Assembly: GCA_050251945.1 (NCBI GenBank)
Contig: JBFWLW010000001.1
Coordinates: 569,107-633,106, forward strand
Length of the DNA: 64,000 bases
Origin: Deferribacterales bacterium
GTDB taxonomy: Bacteria > Chrysiogenota > Deferribacteres > Deferribacterales > Geovibrionaceae
Reading direction: 5' to 3'
In this document: in pieces, positions 59,826 to 64,000 of the stretch
Layout of the letters: every line of letters starts with the position of its first letter
How positions within the stretch are numbered: position 1 is the stretch's first letter
The notes under the pieces: generated by a model
Seen by the model: only the letters and a program-made list of their open reading frames with translations
What the model was told of the DNA's origin: nothing
Databases searched by the model: none
Translations under genes and position numbers: made by a program

Positions 59826-61355
59826 TTATTTCGCCGCGCTGCGTCCGGCTATCCTGCCGAAAACAACACAGTCTGCAATTGCGTTTCCTCCAAGCCTGTT
59901 GTCACCATGGATACCGCCTGTTGACTCGCCGCATGCGAAGAAATTAGGTATCAAATTACCCCAGATATCTATAACCTGCGCGGTATCATTTATACGCAGA
60001 CCACCCATTGTGTGGTGAACTGCCGGCCATTGAGCGATTCCGTAGAACGGTCCCTTTTCAATGGGGATCATTTTAGATGTTATGGGTTTACCAAAGTCGG
60101 GGTCTTTGCCGTCTTTCAGATACTGGTTGTGCTGGTTGACTGTCGCAACCAGAGTATCAGCGGGCAGACCGAGTTTTCCTGCCAGTTCAGCTATCGAATC
60201 GGCTTTAAAGAACCTGCCTTTGGAAATGCCCTTATCCACCTCTTCCTGTGTTCCCATAAGCGGGATCATTTCCTGACATAAGATGGAATATGTGGGTTTC
60301 ATTCCTGTGTTTATCTCAGCATGAGATACAACGTCCCTTCTTTCAAGGTCGTTTACGAACCTTTTTCCTTTTTTGTCAACATAGATAAGTCCGTATCCGG
60401 GACCTCTGAACGGATATACCGCAGGACTGTCCAGCGTGCCTGTCTCTGGTTCGGCATAAGGATATAGCTGGATAAAACACATTTGCAGGCTGTCTGCACC
60501 TATCGCCTGTGCATATCTCAGCATCTCGCCTGTCGCCCCGGGCTGGTTAGTACAGTTAAATTCCGGTACAATGGCAGGGTTAAAACTTGCACGCATTTTT
60601 ATATCGCGTGAAAAACCTCCGCTCGCCATGATTACCGCCTGTTTAGCTTTAAAATTGCGTTTTCTGCCTTTGACGTCAACTTCAACTCCGAGAACGGGCT
60701 TGTTTTCACCCTCTTCACGCCATATCCAGCTTACAGGCATATTCAGCATTATCTTCGCTCCTCGTTTCTCTGCAATGCGTTTCAAAGCCTCTGTATACCC
60801 GCGCCCGACGCCCTCAACACATGTGTGCGTCCTGTATGCGCTATGTCCTCCGGTGCGGTTGAGGATTGGACGAAGTTTAAGTCCGCCCTCTGTTACCATC
60901 CAGTTCAAAGCGTCGCTGGAATTATCGGTAAGTATCTGCACGAGTTCAGGGTTTCCATAAAAGTCGCCGCCTTTGAGAGTATCCGACTTATGAAGAGCCG
61001 CGCTGTCGTCACCAAGCTTCAAGGTTTCACGCAGATGAAGAAGATCGGTCCAGCTGTTATATTCACCGCCGTTGATGATTGAGTTACCGCCATACATAGG
61101 CATCTTTTCAAGGATTACAACGTCCTTGCCTGCAGCTGCGGCTTCCGCTGCTGCCGCCAACCCTGCAAATCCTGAACCGATAACTATGATATCATACGTT
61201 TTATCCCATTTTGTCGGGATCTTCTTCTGTGCTGCTTCCGCTTCGGAGGGTGATAAAAGATTCATCGCCATACCGCTTGCCGTTACCGCCGCGACTGTCA
61301 TTCCGGACTGCAAGAAACGACGTCTTGACAGACCGCTTTCACTTTTACTTTTCAT
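59826..61355 (-). CDS. Tat-exported flavocytochrome c flavin subunit (Mrd/UrdA/FccA family)
   Basis: SRRRFL, GSGFAG, GGNS, HHTMGG, NRLGGNA; QLYP in place of QxHP. Confidence 0.9.
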   Translation of the reverse strand: MKSKSESGLSRRRFLQSGMTVAAVTASGMAMNLLSPSEAEAAQKKIPTKWDKTYDIIVIGSGFAGLAAAAEAAAAGKDVVILEKMPMYGGNSIINGGEYNSWTDLLHLRETLKLGDDSAALHKSDTLKGGDFYGNPELVQILTDNSSDALNWMVTEGGLKLRPILNRTGGHSAYRTHTCVEGVGRGYTEALKRIAEKRGAKIMLNMPVSWIWREEGENKPVLGVEVDVKGRKRNFKAKQAVIMASGGFSRDIKMRASFNPAIVPEFNCTNQPGATGEMLRYAQAIGADSLQMCFIQLYPYAEPETGTLDSPAVYPFRGPGYGLIYVDKKGKRFVNDLERRDVVSHAEINTGMKPTYSILCQEMIPLMGTQEEVDKGISKGRFFKADSIAELAGKLGLPADTLVATVNQHNQYLKDGKDPDFGKPITSKMIPIEKGPFYGIAQWPAVHHTMGGLRINDTAQVIDIWGNLIPNFFACGESTGGIHGDNRLGGNAIADCVVFGRIAGRSAAK

Positions 61356-61704
61356 AGCAACCTCCTGAAATTTGAGACATAGACTTATAGTGAATTATAC
61401 ACCTGATCAAACATATTTAATTATTCATTGATTCATTAAATCTCAATATAATTTTGCATGTAAATTATTCATATGTTTAAGCAGTATTTGCCCGTATTGT
61501 AAATTTTGTAAAGCAACATAAGTGTAATATCTGGTAAAATATTTCAATATTTGCATAATACGCTGATGATAAAACTTCTCTGTTATCACAGGACGTAAAT
61601 TATCTGTCTGAGAAACAAAACAATTTATTTCTGTATCAAAAAGAAGTTTACATAATATTTCAGTGGGTTTAGAAGTGTTATATTAACTTAACTCGGGAGG
61701 AAAA

Positions 61705-62346
61705 ATGAAACTCATCGCAATTAACGGAAGCCCCAGAAAAAACTGGAACACGGCTATGCTTCTTGAAAGCGCGGCAGAGGGAGCAAGATCAAAAGGCGCC
61801 GATGCGGAAATTGTGCACCTCTATGACCTTGATTTCAAAGGATGCCACAGTTGTTTCGCCTGCAAACTCATCGGCGGCAAAAGCTACGGCAAATGTGCCG
61901 TTAAAGACGGTCTGACGCCCCTTCTGGCGAAAATAGCAGATGCCGACGCATTCGTCATCGGCTCGCCTGTTTATTACGCCGACGTGACCGGAGAGACCCG
62001 CTCATTCATGGAACGTCTTTTCTATCCGTTCATGATGTATGACAAAAACTATTCCAGCCTTTTTCCCAAAAAAATAAAGACCGGATTTATATATGATATG
62101 AACCAGAAAGAAGAGATGATGAAGGCACGCGGTTACGAGTATTTCTTCGACATGAACAAGACATACATGGGCAAGATATTCGGTTCCTGCGAATATATCA
62201 CCGCCTGCAATACATATCAGTTCACTGATTACTCAAAATACGAATGCTCTGCATTCGACCCGGTGGCTAAGAAAGAAAGCAGAGAAACCCAGTTTCCCAT
62301 AGACCGCCAGAAGGCTTTTGAATTGGGCGCATCACTGGTAAGCTGA
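61705..62346 (+). CDS. Flavodoxin family / iron-sulfur flavoprotein
   Basis: NGSPR, CHSCFAC..C, GSPVY. Confidence 0.88.
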   Translation: MKLIAINGSPRKNWNTAMLLESAAEGARSKGADAEIVHLYDLDFKGCHSCFACKLIGGKSYGKCAVKDGLTPLLAKIADADAFVIGSPVYYADVTGETRSFMERLFYPFMMYDKNYSSLFPKKIKTGFIYDMNQKEEMMKARGYEYFFDMNKTYMGKIFGSCEYITACNTYQFTDYSKYECSAFDPVAKKESRETQFPIDRQKAFELGASLVS

Positions 62347-62353
62347 CAAACAA

Positions 62354-62377
62354 AAGGCGACCTATCGGGGTCGCCTT
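62354..62377 (+). terminator. Hairpin terminator
   Basis: AAGGCGACC..GGTCGCCTT. Confidence 0.65.
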
Positions 62378-62473
62378 AAAATTCATTTAAGTTTTTATTG
62401 ATCATATTTATATTTGAAATATCATTTATCAAAATATATATTTTAATATAAAAGCACTTTTAATTAATTTGAT

Positions 62474-63478
62474 ATGAGACCTATTATGAAAGAAAAACTT
62501 CAAGATTTTTCAGGTTATTTTGAAATAATAGACAATTTGAGAAAATTTGTAACACATATAGACCCTATTTTAAATTTAAGTTTAATAATAACACCTTACA
62601 ACTCAAATAAAGTCTTATATCACTACACATCAATTAATACTCTTAACAATATTTTAGAAAGCAGATCACTACATTTATCAAATATACACAGTATGAATGA
62701 CTCAACAGAATTATTTTATGGACAAAACCTGATTCTTGATACATTGGAAAATAATAAAAGTAAGTATTTTTTTGCTGAATCACTTAAAGATTATTTTATG
62801 AAGTACAATAAAGAAGACGTGGCTATTCGTTTAAAGAATAAAAAAGAAAATTCATATACTTTTTTTGTTCTTAGTCTAACAATAAACCCCGATAATCTGA
62901 CACTATGGAGGTTGTATGGAGACAATTGTAAAGGTTGTAGCATTGGAATATTATCAGAAAATATTGATGATTATTCAAAACACCCAAAAAGAGATAACCA
63001 ATATAACTATTCTCTAAGTAAAAAAATGTACAAAGTAATATATGAAAAACGCAAGCAAAGCCAAATAGTTGTTAATTATCTGAATAGCATATTAAATTTC
63101 CAGCAGGAAAATATGTTTTCAGAAGACGATTTGATACAATATTATGAACTAATTTCATCATCTCTTAATCAAATTGCATCTGTATTCAAGTCCAAAGATT
63201 ACAGAGATGAGAGGGAAATAAGATTAATAATAGAAACTGAATTAGCAAAGAACGCTATCCAATACAAAAATAGAAATGAACAGGAAATCCCTTTTGTTGA
63301 AGTAGTGGAAAAGCAGAAAGAAGATAATTTAGTTGTCCCAAATTTTATTTCAGAAATATATACTGGTCCTTGCTTTGATGAAAATGGGGTTTCTTCCAAT
63401 CATTTTATAAAAGACGACATTACAAAAGGAAAACCAGCTATTATTAAAAAATCAAAAATATCTTCATTTAAGCCATAA
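62474..63478 (+). CDS. DUF2971 domain protein (AT-rich)
   Basis: YHYT, MND..E, SLT..DNL.LWRLYG..G..IG, FK..DY..E.E.R. Confidence 0.8.
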   Translation: MRPIMKEKLQDFSGYFEIIDNLRKFVTHIDPILNLSLIITPYNSNKVLYHYTSINTLNNILESRSLHLSNIHSMNDSTELFYGQNLILDTLENNKSKYFFAESLKDYFMKYNKEDVAIRLKNKKENSYTFFVLSLTINPDNLTLWRLYGDNCKGCSIGILSENIDDYSKHPKRDNQYNYSLSKKMYKVIYEKRKQSQIVVNYLNSILNFQQENMFSEDDLIQYYELISSSLNQIASVFKSKDYRDEREIRLIIETELAKNAIQYKNRNEQEIPFVEVVEKQKEDNLVVPNFISEIYTGPCFDENGVSSNHFIKDDITKGKPAIIKKSKISSFKP

Positions 63479-63544
63479 TAAACGACAAAAAATCTAAAGT
63501 ACAATCACGTGCTTTCTTCAAGAGTTGATAATACAAGCAAGAAT

Positions 63545-63752
63545 AGGTTGCTTCGTCACTTCGCTTCTCGCAAAGACAATGAACTGTTTGTCTTCGTGAA
63601 CCCTTTATGGGTGAAGCGATCTAAAGATTTCAGATTGCGTCGTCACGTTGTTCCTCGCAAAGACAATGGACTGTTTGTCTTCGCGAACCCTTTATGGGTG
63701 AAGCGATCTAAAGATTTCAGATTGCGTCGTCACGCAGTTCCTCGCAATGACA
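63545..63752. repeat. Tandem array of 87-bp REP-like palindromic units (~2.4 copies)
   Basis: Units start at 63545, 63632 and 63719 and are near-identical. Confidence 0.85.
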
Positions 63753-63903
63753 GCATATGATTTAGACTTAGTCTTTAGATGCGAGCAGAACAAGGCGGAC
63801 GATAAAAAATCGAAGAGTGTATATAGATATACATGAGGAAGGTTTTTTGAGGACAACGAAGTTATACGATGTGGATAAAGGCTAATTTTAAACGTAAAAA
63901 ATC

Positions 63904-64000
63904 CCTGGCGGCGACCTACTCTCCCATGTGTTAATCTTCACACAGTATCCTCGGCGCTGGAGAGCTTAACTTCCGTGTTCGAAATGGGAACGGGTGTAGT
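63904..64000 (-). rRNA. rrf: 5S rRNA (partial; 5' end beyond window)
   Basis: Plus strand CCTGGCGGCGACCTACTCTCCC..CGGCGCT..GCTTAACTTCCGTGTTCGAAATGGGAACGGGTGT is the reverse complement of 5S. Confidence 0.95.

Noticed and set aside
63545..63760. CRISPR array, or the 83-aa ORF at 63509-63760
   Set aside because: Whole 87-bp units repeat with no unique spacers and no cas genes nearby; the ORF is just the translated repeat

Overview
Bacterial chromosome window. The anaerobic-respiration, cobalamin and c-di-GMP gene content suggests a Deferribacterota such as Denitrovibrio or Seleniivibrio (inference). Bases 1-5.5 kb look like one end of an integrative conjugative element. It is a translationally coupled minus-strand operon: ssb, a small ORF, a NusA-like gene, a TraD-type coupling ATPase without a membrane anchor, a YdjM-hydrolase/HD-relaxase-like fusion, and a Cys-rich TraN-like protein with a C-type lectin domain (truncated by the window edge, absent from the ORF track). 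A candidate attachment region lies beyond ssb. Next to it is an unannotated two-gene operon: a His/Cys-motif protein and a class-3 lipase whose C-terminal ~270 aa is a degenerate copy of that protein. The rest contains ablAB (N-acetyl-beta-lysine), a sigma54 DUF2318-ABC-two-component operon, a Psr/Phs/Srr-type molybdoenzyme locus (TorD chaperone, DUF3373 porin, tri-rhodanese lipoprotein), cob/cbi genes with cbiR, ftsEX-envC-ctpA, tsaD, dusB, tex and c-di-GMP genes. It ends with an FMN riboswitch-ribB, a flavocytochrome with a heptaheme cytochrome, an AT-rich DUF2971 gene and a partial 5S rRNA. REP-like palindromes recur between genes; three sit inside IS1182-like MITEs that each duplicated a terminator. 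All calls come from reading motifs by eye; no database search was run.
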